Virus record (IMG/VR): IMGVR_UViG_3300002925_000017
Direction: 5' to 3' (one strand)
Source of the DNA: a virus
DNA: 64,000 nt
Part shown: positions 20,036 through 30,582 of the stretch, piece after piece
Layout of the letters: each line of letters opens with the position of its first letter
Position numbering within the stretch: the stretch's first letter is position 1
Position numbers and translations under genes: made by a program
The notes under the pieces: generated by a model
The model's database searches: none
What the model was told of the DNA's origin: nothing
Seen by the model: the letters and a program-made list of their open reading frames with translations, nothing else

Positions 20036-20059
20036 TACATTTATAAAAAATTATATTTG
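20028..20059 (+). promoter_or_regulatory. Bacteroidota primary-sigma-type promoter (TTG -33 / TAnnTTTG -7)
   Basis: TTG at 20028-20030, 21-nt spacer, TATATTTG at 20052-20059, in the noncoding region before the HNH gene. Confidence 0.55.
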
Positions 20060-20166
20060 GTTGAAAACGCGTAAAACTTAGCTGATAAAAAATTAAAAGT
20101 GAATTTTCTTATAAGAATAAAAAATAATTTTTTAAAAGCTAATGAGTATTTAGAATAAAATATAAC

Positions 20167-20640
20167 ATGATAAAAGGTAGAGATAAGTCAATTAAAAAAA
20201 AGTATAATATTAACCAAGAAGAATATGAAAAAATTAAAAAAAATCAGAAAGGAGTTTGTAAAATATGTGGTTCGCCCAGAGCTTCTATTAAAAGAAGAAA
20301 TATATCTTTCATGATAGACCATTCTCATAAACACGGGCACGTTAGAGGTTTATTGTGTTTTAGTTGTAATATAGGTCTTGGTTATTTTAAAGATAATATA
20401 GAAAATCTAAAAAATGCGATAAAATATTTAGAAGAAGATATGAAAAAGTTTTTTATATATGAAGATAAACAACTCATTTTAATAACTATATCAAGACCAA
20501 GTTATGATAAATTCAATGAGTTTCAATATATTTACTCACAAGGAGTTAAAATTAATAAGAACAATGCAGGAATTATTAGAGAACATACGCAAATTGGGAG
20601 AAATGATGAAGTCTATCATTTTGATAATATCGCAAGATAA
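20167..20640 (+). CDS. endonuclease VII-type HNH/His-Me finger nuclease
   Basis: YNINQEEY...CKICG...IDHSHKHGHVRGLLCFSCNIGLGYFKDNIENLKNAIKYL. Confidence 0.88.
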   Translation: MIKGRDKSIKKKYNINQEEYEKIKKNQKGVCKICGSPRASIKRRNISFMIDHSHKHGHVRGLLCFSCNIGLGYFKDNIENLKNAIKYLEEDMKKFFIYEDKQLILITISRPSYDKFNEFQYIYSQGVKINKNNAGIIREHTQIGRNDEVYHFDNIAR

Positions 20641-20893
20641 AGAAATATTATTTAAAAGACCAAGAGAGATAGTAATACAAGGTACTCAAAATAGAATTAT
20701 GGAATTATTAGGAACACAAGATAAAAACTTTATTTTTACATTTTTTGGAGAAACTAAAACTAGTGAAATTAGTTTACTTGACCCACAAATAGATTTTGAT
20801 ATTATTTACTATTTATGTATATCAGTATTAGAAAATTTTAATAATACAGGTAAAGAAGTAAATAACGTTAAAGGATATAGAAGGTCTGATTAA
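20504..20893 (+). CDS. hypothetical protein; true start uncertain (20516 or 20564)
   Basis: ORF overlapping the 3' end of the HNH gene. Confidence 0.45.
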   Translation: MINSMSFNIFTHKELKLIRTMQELLENIRKLGEMMKSIILIISQDKEILFKRPREIVIQGTQNRIMELLGTQDKNFIFTFFGETKTSEISLLDPQIDFDIIYYLCISVLENFNNTGKEVNNVKGYRRSD

Positions 20894-23800
20894 TTATCTT
20901 TTGAAAATTTATATAATTGATAAGGTAATCTTGTAACTCCTATGGTTCTAAACAGAGCTTCTCCTGATTTATCAAATTCTCCTGTTAAAGCGTTTCCTAT
21001 TACGTCATTAACCATAGTATTTAAAACAGAGGTAGTAACAAAAGGAGAAGTTTCTGTACCTAAATTCCAAACAGTATTAACAAATAACAAATCTTTACCT
21101 GAATTATATAAATATCTCATTACTAATTTTGTTAAAGTATCTCTGTCTTTTTCATCATCAAATAATCCTTTTGTTGTAGCTAAAATTAAAGAGAATAATA
21201 TTATATCACTAGCAAGATGTTTTAAATTTCTTAATTGGTCTGGTTCAAGTTTCTTTATAGCAGATAAATTTCTATAAAATGCTATTTCTTTTGTTATAAA
21301 CCATAAAGTATTTAATATACCTTCTTGCTGTCTCCCTTGCCATATTCTTACATAATTTCCATAAGAATCTTTTATTAAATTACCATCTTCGTCTTTTGCT
21401 ATTTCCCAATTTCCTGTTTCTTCGTCTAAAGAAGGGTTTTTTAAATACAATTCTCTTTTTGCATATATCCATCTTTTAAATTGAGTAAATAATATACCAA
21501 ATATACTCCTCTCAAAAGATGATTTAGTTTCTTCACTTGTTTCAGCAAATACATTACTTGCTATTTTTTTTAAAGTTCTTATTTCTTTTTCTGTCCATGC
21601 TTTTAAAGGTTTACCATCTATAAATAAACCTTCTTCTTGTAAGTCTTTTATGAAATATTCATATTTAGCTTTATGTTCTTCATAATTTTTTCCATTTTTA
21701 AAATAATCTTTAAATCTGTCATCTAATTCAGGAAAGTATTCTATTGTTTTCTTTTCGTCGTTCCATTGTAAAGCAGAATCTTTTGCAATACCAAATTTAT
21801 CTACTTTTATAACACCTTTTTCTATGTTTTCAGCTAAAAACCATAAAGTTCTAAAAAATCTATCAGGAGCCATTGTAAACCACATCATCCATCTTGAATT
21901 AAAAAGTGCCCCTCTTTTTCCTAATATACCTTTATTAGTTTCTCCAAAATGATATAATAAATTTTCTGGTTCTAAACCATGTATCCTATAATCTTCGGCT
22001 AAATAGTTTAAAAAATTTATATTATCAAAACTTAAAGATTGTTTACCTATAATAAGTTGTCCTGCTTTTAAAAATGAATTAAAAGATACTCTATCCGAAT
22101 ATTTACCTATAACTGCTGATAAAGTACCCCACAAAGAAGTTAAAAATTGTATAGCACCAGTTCCCGGAGATACACCTTGCAAAATAGTAGATACTGTATT
22201 TTTTAATCTTTGTGCATATTCGGCTGTTTCTTTTAATTCATCATTAATTACTCTTTTTCCAAATACTGCTCCAGTAAAATAATTATCTATTAACTCACTT
22301 ATATTAGTTAAACCATCTTTTTTAAACCAGTAATGACTTGAAAAATTTACTAATGTTTTAACAGCTAACATGCCAGGCATTACTTTATTATATTCTTTTG
22401 CTTTATAATATTGATAAGCATATAAATAATATAAAAATTCTATATCATCTTCAAATAGAGAATCATCATTAGTTTCTAACAATATTTCTCTATGATTTTC
22501 TGATTCTTGATATCTAAATAAATCAGAAATTCTTAATTTATCTTTTAAATTTATTTCTTTATCAAAAGCAATATTATCTTGATTTAAAACATCTTGAATT
22601 ATAACATTCATTTTGTTTTGAATAGTTTCTTTTAAACCTTTTTCTTTTAATTCTTTAAATATATATTCTAAATCTTTTCTAAACACTAAAGGTATATCTC
22701 TTATAGCTTCTTCATTTGCTTCTCCATATTTATTAATCAATAAATCTCTTTTCATATTGAAAAACATCTTAAGTACTTCTTTTTCTTCTTTAGTTAAAGA
22801 TGTTTGACCAAATTTATTGTATTCATAATTTTTATCATTTATATCTCTAAACCTCATTGTTCTTTTCTTTTTACCATCTATCATGGTATATTCAAACAAA
22901 TTTTCAAAAGCTTTTTTATGTAACCCTATAATATCAGTTTCTAATATACTTTTACTTTTATATAATTGTTTAAATACAGGTTGCGATTCTCTTGAAAATT
23001 GTTTAAATTTTTCAGTTAAATTATATCTTGCTTTATTATATAAATCTCTTAATATTTTAAATGGTTTTTTAGCAATATTATCTGCTGTTTCCATTTCTTT
23101 TACAAACTTAGTTAAATCTAATTCTTCATAACAATCTGATATATTATATAAACCTAAAATTGCTTCTGAAACTATTTTTAATTCTTCTAATTCCCAAGTA
23201 GTTAGTTTATCTTTAGCTTTTAATAATTGGATTTGTCTTTGTTCTAAATATTGCCTTAATCCAACCTCACCAGATTTTATATCTTCATTAATTACTGATA
23301 AAATATTTTTTAAAGAATTACTTTTAGTTTTATAATGTTTTAATTGACTGTTTTCTACAGATTTACTTGCTAACATAGAGTAATATTCAATAAGAGAAAT
23401 TAATGGTTCACTTCGGTAAATATCAGCAAATAATCTTTTTTTGTTAATTAATTCTTCTGATAAAATAGGTTGTGTAAAACCTTCTAATTTTGAAGTTTCT
23501 CTTATTAGTTTATTTAAATTTTCTATTGCAGTATCTATGGTTATAAAAGCAGGTTCACTATTTTCACTAATAGCATATAAACCTGAAATTTTATAAGTTC
23601 CATCAAATATTCTATCGTTTTGTAATACAAACAAAGCTGCTTTAATTAATTCTATATTACCTTCTGTTGCAGTTAATAAATTTAATTCTTTCTCTTTATT
23701 TTTACTAAAGAAATTACCACCTATTGTATTTCCTGTATCTATTATAGTTTTACCTAATACTTTAGTTTTCTTTGTTAAATTTAAGTTTACATTTTCTTGT

Positions 23801-25335
23801 AAATTTTTATTTGTTATAGATATGATTTTTACTTCATTTGAACCATCTACTTCATTTATTTTTCTTGCTATTAATAAATCTAAATCTTCTGCTTCTTTAG
23901 ATTCAACTATTTCCCATAAATATTTTCTTTTACCTTTTTCATCTAAAACATAATCTTCCCAAAGAAAATTTAGCACAGGAGCTAAATTATTTCTTACTTT
24001 TTCGTCATTTTCAGATTTATATAAAAAGCCCGGTATTGTTCCAAAATCTTCACTACCTTTTTCTCTTAACTCTCTTGTTTCTTTTATAAATTTATTTATG
24101 TTAGATGATAACTTTTTTCTATATTCAGCTAATCTAACTAAATACTTCTTTATTTTTTCATCATCTTCTTTTGTTCCTTTATATATTACTTTCTTATTTT
24201 CTCCTTGATTTGCTAAATTATTGAACCAATATCCTTTTTCTTTTGTTTTTTCTATAAATCTTTTTAATTGTTCATCACTAACTTGTGATTCTTTAATTTC
24301 TTCTTTCTTCTGATTAAAGAATACTTCCATAAATTCGTAAATATTCTTATTATCTTTTAATTTAGTTATATTAACATTTATATTATTTTTTATAACTTGA
24401 TTAACGTTTTCGGAAATAATAGAATGTTCTGTATTATTAATAGATTGTATTTTATCTTCTATAACTTGAGTTATTTTTTCGTTTTTAATATCAAAAGTAA
24501 ATGGTAATATAAACATGTTATCTACGTTAATTCCCATGTTCCTTATAATATTTCTATACATATGTTGTTGATAAAGAACTGTTTTTTGTTTAGCTCTTGA
24601 CCAATCTTCAGCATCTTTAACTGAAAACTTAAAATCAATTATATCTACTTTTGCAAGACCATTTACTTCTTTTAATACTAATAAGTCAGTTGTTCCTGCA
24701 ATTTTTGATTCTTCATCAAATACTCTATTTTCTGTTAATATTTTATATTTTATCCCTTGATATCTTAAATCTAATTGTTTTTTAAAATTTAAAGCTAATT
24801 GAAAAAAATCAGATAATATTTTTTCATTTTCAAAAGTTTCAATAGCTTCTTTTGCTTCTGGTTCTCTTTTTAACTCGTTTAAAGATTTAATATTTTTATT
24901 AATAACTAATTCTAGTATTTTGTGTGTTTTAGTACCAGCTTTTGCTATATCAGAAAAACCAGAAACTCTTTTTTCTAAATAATCTTTATACTCTTTTAGA
25001 TTATTAAAAGATTCTAATTTAGGGTCTTTTGCTTTTTTTCTAGATTCAAAAGATTTTAATTCTGTTTCTATATATTTTTGTGTATCATATTTTAATTCTT
25101 TATCAAATTTTTCAGATAATTCATTTTGAATAACTTCTGTTACTCTTTTATAATAAATTTTTTTACCATTATCTATACTATAATATTTTTCACCATCAGA
25201 TTCTATTTTCACTGATTTCAATACTGTTTCTAAATATTCTATAGTATTTTTATTTCTGCCTTTTAAGGCATCTAATAATTCTTCTTTAGAATTATACGTA
25301 TTTCCAGTTAAATTATCTACATATTTACAAGCCAT
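20890..25335 (-). CDS. large virion/ejection-type protein with N-terminal PD-(D/E)XK (RecB/Cas4-like) nuclease domain, 1481 aa
   Basis: RVTEVI...GTKTHKILE...ENRVFDEESKIAGTTDLL...IIDFK...QQHMY nuclease motifs; size and position typical of crAss-like RNAP-associated giant genes. Confidence 0.75.
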   Translation of the reverse strand: MACKYVDNLTGNTYNSKEELLDALKGRNKNTIEYLETVLKSVKIESDGEKYYSIDNGKKIYYKRVTEVIQNELSEKFDKELKYDTQKYIETELKSFESRKKAKDPKLESFNNLKEYKDYLEKRVSGFSDIAKAGTKTHKILELVINKNIKSLNELKREPEAKEAIETFENEKILSDFFQLALNFKKQLDLRYQGIKYKILTENRVFDEESKIAGTTDLLVLKEVNGLAKVDIIDFKFSVKDAEDWSRAKQKTVLYQQHMYRNIIRNMGINVDNMFILPFTFDIKNEKITQVIEDKIQSINNTEHSIISENVNQVIKNNINVNITKLKDNKNIYEFMEVFFNQKKEEIKESQVSDEQLKRFIEKTKEKGYWFNNLANQGENKKVIYKGTKEDDEKIKKYLVRLAEYRKKLSSNINKFIKETRELREKGSEDFGTIPGFLYKSENDEKVRNNLAPVLNFLWEDYVLDEKGKRKYLWEIVESKEAEDLDLLIARKINEVDGSNEVKIISITNKNLQENVNLNLTKKTKVLGKTIIDTGNTIGGNFFSKNKEKELNLLTATEGNIELIKAALFVLQNDRIFDGTYKISGLYAISENSEPAFITIDTAIENLNKLIRETSKLEGFTQPILSEELINKKRLFADIYRSEPLISLIEYYSMLASKSVENSQLKHYKTKSNSLKNILSVINEDIKSGEVGLRQYLEQRQIQLLKAKDKLTTWELEELKIVSEAILGLYNISDCYEELDLTKFVKEMETADNIAKKPFKILRDLYNKARYNLTEKFKQFSRESQPVFKQLYKSKSILETDIIGLHKKAFENLFEYTMIDGKKKRTMRFRDINDKNYEYNKFGQTSLTKEEKEVLKMFFNMKRDLLINKYGEANEEAIRDIPLVFRKDLEYIFKELKEKGLKETIQNKMNVIIQDVLNQDNIAFDKEINLKDKLRISDLFRYQESENHREILLETNDDSLFEDDIEFLYYLYAYQYYKAKEYNKVMPGMLAVKTLVNFSSHYWFKKDGLTNISELIDNYFTGAVFGKRVINDELKETAEYAQRLKNTVSTILQGVSPGTGAIQFLTSLWGTLSAVIGKYSDRVSFNSFLKAGQLIIGKQSLSFDNINFLNYLAEDYRIHGLEPENLLYHFGETNKGILGKRGALFNSRWMMWFTMAPDRFFRTLWFLAENIEKGVIKVDKFGIAKDSALQWNDEKKTIEYFPELDDRFKDYFKNGKNYEEHKAKYEYFIKDLQEEGLFIDGKPLKAWTEKEIRTLKKIASNVFAETSEETKSSFERSIFGILFTQFKRWIYAKRELYLKNPSLDEETGNWEIAKDEDGNLIKDSYGNYVRIWQGRQQEGILNTLWFITKEIAFYRNLSAIKKLEPDQLRNLKHLASDIILFSLILATTKGLFDDEKDRDTLTKLVMRYLYNSGKDLLFVNTVWNLGTETSPFVTTSVLNTMVNDVIGNALTGEFDKSGEALFRTIGVTRLPYQLYKFSKDN

Positions 25336-25354
25336 ATTAATTTAATTTACCTTA

Positions 25355-25362
25355 CAAAAATA
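25355..25362 (-). promoter_or_regulatory. TAnnTTTG -7 box upstream of the 1481-aa gene
   Basis: Minus strand reads TATTTTTG about 20 nt before the ATG; -33 box is poor. Confidence 0.45.
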
Positions 25363-25437
25363 ACAAAATAATAAATATATTTACATAATTAAATTTAACA
25401 CTATAAAGGGATATTAAAATAAATAATATAATCTATT

Positions 25438-28400
25438 ATGATTTGCATTGAACTAATTAATAATGAACAATTAAAATTTCAAAACGAGGATGAAGCAAAT
25501 TTGTTTGTTTATTGCTTACCAAATTCTTTAAAAGAATATTTATTAAATACTAATACAATTCAAGATGATTTTGTTTCAAATTCTTTAATCAAATATCATT
25601 CTGAATATATTAATAATACATTTAAAAATATAAATATAAATGATGAAGATTTATCTCATTTACTTAAAAATACCAAAAATATCAATATTATAATAGATAA
25701 ATTAGTAAATTTAATTGGTGTAAAACAAGTTTACAATAAGGTTTCTAATTTAAAAACAAAAAATTTAGATTTGTATAATGAAACTCTTTTTGCTTTAAAC
25801 CACATCGATAATATCTATAAAGATATTAATGAATTAACTCAAACAAAATTTGAACAAGTTGATTCTAATAATTATGAAGATGTAATTAAAGCAAACACTG
25901 CTTCTGATGCTACTTTATCTATTACTACTTCTGTTAACAATAGAGAGTCATTAGTTAAAAAATCTACTTTAGAACAAAATAAAAAATATATTCCTATAAG
26001 TATAGAAAATAATTTAATAATTGATAATACTGTAATAGATAAAATTGTAGAAAGTTTAAATGATATAGATGAAGAAAAATTTTATGAACAAACAAATAAA
26101 GATGAAGAAAAAATTAAAGAAAATAGCTCTTCTGCTATAGGTAGAAAAGAAATTTCTTCTAAAGATACTATCAAATATGATACACTTATTAAACCAGAAG
26201 TACAAAAATTATTTGATTCTAATCCTAAATTAGCTAATGAAGTGTATAAAGCTTTAGGATTTCAAGGTAATATAAATTTAGAATCTAATTTAAAAAATAC
26301 AGGTAAAACAGAAGAAGAGCTTATTGAATATCTTAAAAATAAATATCCTGAAATTAAGTTAAATATTTCTAATAATCCTGTATGGGAACAAGGAGATAAT
26401 ATATTTAATCAAGAAGAGTTTAATAATCAAGTTCAATATAGATTAAAAGCTGTAGAGATATTATCTTCTGATAAAGCTAAACAAATATTTGAAAAAGGAG
26501 AAAAAAATAAATGGAACTTAGATAGAATATTAACTGAATTACAAATACCTAAAGAACAAAAACAGATAATACTAAACTTAGGCAAAACTAATAGAGAAGA
26601 AATTATTACAAATTTATTAACTAATTTTAGTTATACTATTGAAATTAACACTGCTAAACAAAAAATACTTGAGAAAGGTAAATATGTAAATAATATACAA
26701 TTTAATTTAGATGGCTTTACTTATATTAAAGAAGGGTTAATATATGGTAAATTTAAAACTGGAACAAACGATAAAGTAATATTTATAGATAAAGAAGAAT
26801 TTGAGGAAGCTAAAAGAAAAAAATTAGCACAAGAAGAAAAACCTACTCAATATTACTCTAATTTAACAGTTCCGGGTGGTATTAATTATAGAGAAAACGA
26901 AATAGTTACACCATCTATTAAACCAAGTTTTAAAGGTCATGCGAAATTTAGTACAGATAAAGGTATTGGTTGGTTTAGAAGTGATGAAAAAAGTAATATC
27001 GGACAAATAAATACTGATTTAGAACAACTTGAAGAAGATTATAGAAATGGTGCGTTAACTGAAAATGAATATAAAGACGAATTACAAAGATTAGCAGAGC
27101 AAGGTATCTATAGAAAAAACGATTCTATTAAAGATTCTAAAACTCGTAGAATATTAGAAATACAATCTGATTTATTTCAAAAAAACAGAGATGAAAATAT
27201 AGCATTAGCTTGGAATAGATATATTTTAAATGATAAAGAAGAGATTATAGGAGAAAATCCTAATTTTCAAAATGAAAAAGATTTTTTAAATGTATTTAGA
27301 AAAGACAATAACTGGGTAAAATTTTTTATTAAATCTATTATACAAGACAGTGCTAAAAAAGGATATGAAAAAGTATGGTTTCCTAATGGGGATACAGCCA
27401 GTAAAGTTGAAGGACATACTACTTTAGAAGAATTTAAAAAACAAAAAGAAGAGGCAATATTAAGAAATGAGAAAAGATTAAATTCTTATTCTATTCAACC
27501 TTTTAATAATAAAGGTTTTAAAATTTTTGTCGGTGATGCTCCTCAATTTGATATTTTTAAAACAAAAGAAGAAGCAGAACAAAAAGTAAAAGAAATGTCT
27601 GCAAATGACATTAGAGAAATAGCACAACTTAAACAAGAAATTGAAAGAATAGAAAAAGAAGGATTTGGTTCTTTAAGACCTGTTTGGAATTTTTATGAAA
27701 ATACTATAAGTAATATCCTTAATAAAATTTATGGTAAAGAAAATGTAAAACAAATTACAGACGAATACGGTAATACTTGGAATGAAATAACTATTAATCA
27801 AGCAAGAGATTTATCTAATATATTACTTCAAAGAGATGAAGCCAATAGAATTATAGGTCAAGCTAATATTAGAGCTATGAGTGTTCTTGTAGATGCTATA
27901 AATAAAAAAGCAGATACAATACCACACGAATATGCCCATCATTATATTGCTTGGTTTAGAGATACTCCAATAGTACAAGAAGCAATAAAAAGATTTGGTA
28001 GTGAAGAAGCTTTAGTACAAGCTATAGGCGAACAAGTAGTTAAACAAAAAGGAGAAGCTTATAATTGGTGGAAAAAGTTTACTAATTGGATATTAAGTTT
28101 ATTATCAGATAAACAACTTTTACAAATACTTACAGATAGTTTTTTAAACAGATATAATCTAAATGACTTTACTTATAATGAAGTTAATGAGAAACAAAAA
28201 CAACTAGCCATACAACTATATTCTGAATACTTAGAATCATTGAACAAACCTAATGTCAATCCTAATATTAAAACTAATGTTAATACTAAACAAGAACCAG
28301 AAGATAAATCACGAGATAAAAATTACAAACAATTTGAAAAACTATTTTCAGATGAAGAAAATAAATTTTTTGTAGCAGAACAAAATATAAGAGATTTAGC

Positions 28401-29118
28401 AGAAAGAGTTTCTGCAAGAATAGGTATTTCTTATAAATTTGAAAATGATAAAACTAAAAAATATAAAAGATATTATAAAAATGGTGAAGCTGTAATTAAC
28501 TTAGCTTATGCTACATTAAATACACCTATATACGAAATATTAGGATATCCTATTATTAAAGTCTTAAAAAACAAAAATTCTAAATTATACAAAAATCTGT
28601 TAGAAGAAATTAAAATAGGTAGAGGTAAAGAAGTATTAGATAAAATTAAAAAGAATTATACTGAACTTAGTTTAGAAGAACAACAAGAAGAAGCAATAGT
28701 AATATTATTAGGAGAATTAACAACAAATAAGTTGAATGAAGTAAAAGATAAAAATCTTATATTTATATTAAAACAGTTATTAAAAGAAACGAATGACTTC
28801 GTCAGAAGTTTATTTAGCTCTGAAGAAATAAATTTAGACTTTAATGAATCTGATATAACTTATACAGATGAAAATGGCAAACTTTGTGCTGAAAATGGAT
28901 TACAATTATCTAAGTTTCAAAAAGGAGGTACTTGGGAAATCATTAAAGAATTTAAAGGTAAATCCCATGAACAAGGGGGTATTGATATTGAAATAAGTAA
29001 TGGGGTTATTAAAATGTCAAATAAACAGAATAAATTTAAAGCTAAGTTTGGTTTATTAATTCCTATAACGAAATATTATGCACAAGACGGGATTATTGTA
29101 TCAGAACTTTATAAATAA
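25438..29118 (+). CDS. N-terminal 1226-aa fragment of the interrupted gene (could still be expressed as a truncated protein)
   Basis: Long ORF; RRILEIQSDLFQK, HEYAHHY, KFQKGG, HEQGGID motifs. Confidence 0.7.
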   Translation: MICIELINNEQLKFQNEDEANLFVYCLPNSLKEYLLNTNTIQDDFVSNSLIKYHSEYINNTFKNININDEDLSHLLKNTKNINIIIDKLVNLIGVKQVYNKVSNLKTKNLDLYNETLFALNHIDNIYKDINELTQTKFEQVDSNNYEDVIKANTASDATLSITTSVNNRESLVKKSTLEQNKKYIPISIENNLIIDNTVIDKIVESLNDIDEEKFYEQTNKDEEKIKENSSSAIGRKEISSKDTIKYDTLIKPEVQKLFDSNPKLANEVYKALGFQGNINLESNLKNTGKTEEELIEYLKNKYPEIKLNISNNPVWEQGDNIFNQEEFNNQVQYRLKAVEILSSDKAKQIFEKGEKNKWNLDRILTELQIPKEQKQIILNLGKTNREEIITNLLTNFSYTIEINTAKQKILEKGKYVNNIQFNLDGFTYIKEGLIYGKFKTGTNDKVIFIDKEEFEEAKRKKLAQEEKPTQYYSNLTVPGGINYRENEIVTPSIKPSFKGHAKFSTDKGIGWFRSDEKSNIGQINTDLEQLEEDYRNGALTENEYKDELQRLAEQGIYRKNDSIKDSKTRRILEIQSDLFQKNRDENIALAWNRYILNDKEEIIGENPNFQNEKDFLNVFRKDNNWVKFFIKSIIQDSAKKGYEKVWFPNGDTASKVEGHTTLEEFKKQKEEAILRNEKRLNSYSIQPFNNKGFKIFVGDAPQFDIFKTKEEAEQKVKEMSANDIREIAQLKQEIERIEKEGFGSLRPVWNFYENTISNILNKIYGKENVKQITDEYGNTWNEITINQARDLSNILLQRDEANRIIGQANIRAMSVLVDAINKKADTIPHEYAHHYIAWFRDTPIVQEAIKRFGSEEALVQAIGEQVVKQKGEAYNWWKKFTNWILSLLSDKQLLQILTDSFLNRYNLNDFTYNEVNEKQKQLAIQLYSEYLESLNKPNVNPNIKTNVNTKQEPEDKSRDKNYKQFEKLFSDEENKFFVAEQNIRDLAERVSARIGISYKFENDKTKKYKRYYKNGEAVINLAYATLNTPIYEILGYPIIKVLKNKNSKLYKNLLEEIKIGRGKEVLDKIKKNYTELSLEEQQEEAIVILLGELTTNKLNEVKDKNLIFILKQLLKETNDFVRSLFSSEEINLDFNESDITYTDENGKLCAENGLQLSKFQKGGTWEIIKEFKGKSHEQGGIDIEISNGVIKMSNKQNKFKAKFGLLIPITKYYAQDGIIVSELYK

Positions 29119-29565
29119 AAAACAGGTAAAGATTGGAATACAGCTAAAGAAGAAGTTTTAAATACTAGTAGTTTTGAAGATAATATGAAGTTAAGAGATA
29201 GATTATTAAAAGGAGAATTTGATAATAAAACACTAAGTAATTCTAATTCTACAATTGAAACTAATAATCAAAACTATATAAAAGCTAATACTTTTAATGA
29301 AGCCTTTGCTGTTGCAAGAAAACAATTAGGTCCAAATCAAATATTTGAATATAACGGTAAAAAATACACTACTAATTTAGTAGGTGAAAAATTTGAACCA
29401 AGTGAAGAAGTATTGACTAAAAATAACATGAATAACCCAGAAGTAAAAAAAAGTTTAAAAAATTAAAATAAATTAACAGAATCAGTTTATTCAACTGATG
29501 AAAAAACTACAAAATTAGAACCTGAATATCAAGATTGGGATAAAATTAAACAAAGAAAACAAGAA

Positions 29566-30582
29566 ATGAATAAAATGAAACAAATTGATATTATAAAACA
29601 ATATCATAAAGATTCAGAAGAACAATATTTAATGCTTGATAAAAAAATAGGTAAAATGTACCTCATGAAAAGCAATAAAGAAATTGCTTCTTATAATGTA
29701 GGAGTTGGTGAAAATATAGGAGATGAACAAACAAGAACTTGGGTGGACAAAAAAACTAAAAAAGTAGATTGGACAAAAGGTAATAAACAAACTGGTGCTG
29801 GTATTTATACAGTGAGCGCAAGACAAGCTAAAAATAGCCATTACTCAAATGCTCCTTCATGGAATTTCACTAATGAATATGGTATTGAAGTTCCAATGGC
29901 TATTCACGCAGCAACTCCTGGAAGAGTAGGTAGAATAAATGATAAAGATGAAACTAACAATAGAGTTTCTAATGGTTGTATAAATGGTATTTGTCGTGAC
30001 CTTAAAGATTTATATAAAAGAAAATATAAAGCAGGTCAAAGATTATATGTATTACCTGATGATGATAATAATAGATATGAATTAAAAAATGTTATATTAG
30101 TTTTTTCTTCTAAAAATCCCAATGTAAACAGAACAGTAAATACTTTAAATTATAAACCTATTAAATTAGAATTAGATGAAGAAACCTTTAAAAATAAAGT
30201 ATTTACACCGATGGATTTTGATGATGAAGAAGAGCTTAAAACTACAAAATCTTTTATAAACGCTTTGCAAAATAATAAACAAAAAATAATGAAAGCTGCA
30301 AAAATAGATGGTGATACATATAACGATATTGCTAAAATAACATTTGGTATTTATGGTACTGAAAGTAATTTTGGAGATACTCATTCAGCAGTAGGAAACT
30401 TAATGAGAACTGTTAATAAATATTTTAATCCTGAATCTTCATCTTTTCCAGATATTCAAAGTAAAGCAACTACTTATGGAGCAGATAGTAATAATAATTT
30501 TGTAGGTTATACACAAATTAGATGGTCACAATTAAAAGAAAGAGAATTAAAAGAGGTATTACATCAAATAAAGATTTTTTAA
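29566..30582 (+). CDS. fragment with YkuD/L,D-transpeptidase-like domain and lysozyme-like domain
   Basis: IHAATPGR...RVSNGCIN (H-x-(S)xGC-hN); GIYGTESNFG...GYTQIR transglycosylase-like motif. Confidence 0.6.
   Translation: MNKMKQIDIIKQYHKDSEEQYLMLDKKIGKMYLMKSNKEIASYNVGVGENIGDEQTRTWVDKKTKKVDWTKGNKQTGAGIYTVSARQAKNSHYSNAPSWNFTNEYGIEVPMAIHAATPGRVGRINDKDETNNRVSNGCINGICRDLKDLYKRKYKAGQRLYVLPDDDNNRYELKNVILVFSSKNPNVNRTVNTLNYKPIKLELDEETFKNKVFTPMDFDDEEELKTTKSFINALQNNKQKIMKAAKIDGDTYNDIAKITFGIYGTESNFGDTHSAVGNLMRTVNKYFNPESSSFPDIQSKATTYGADSNNNFVGYTQIRWSQLKERELKEVLHQIKIF

Noticed and set aside
29116-29466. Genetic-code reassignment (TAA or TAG read as Gln, as TAG is in some crAss-like phages)
   Set aside because: TAA is the dominant true stop here, the 3-4.5-kaa ORFs are open under the standard code, and the same gene also has frameshifts, so decay is the simpler explanation
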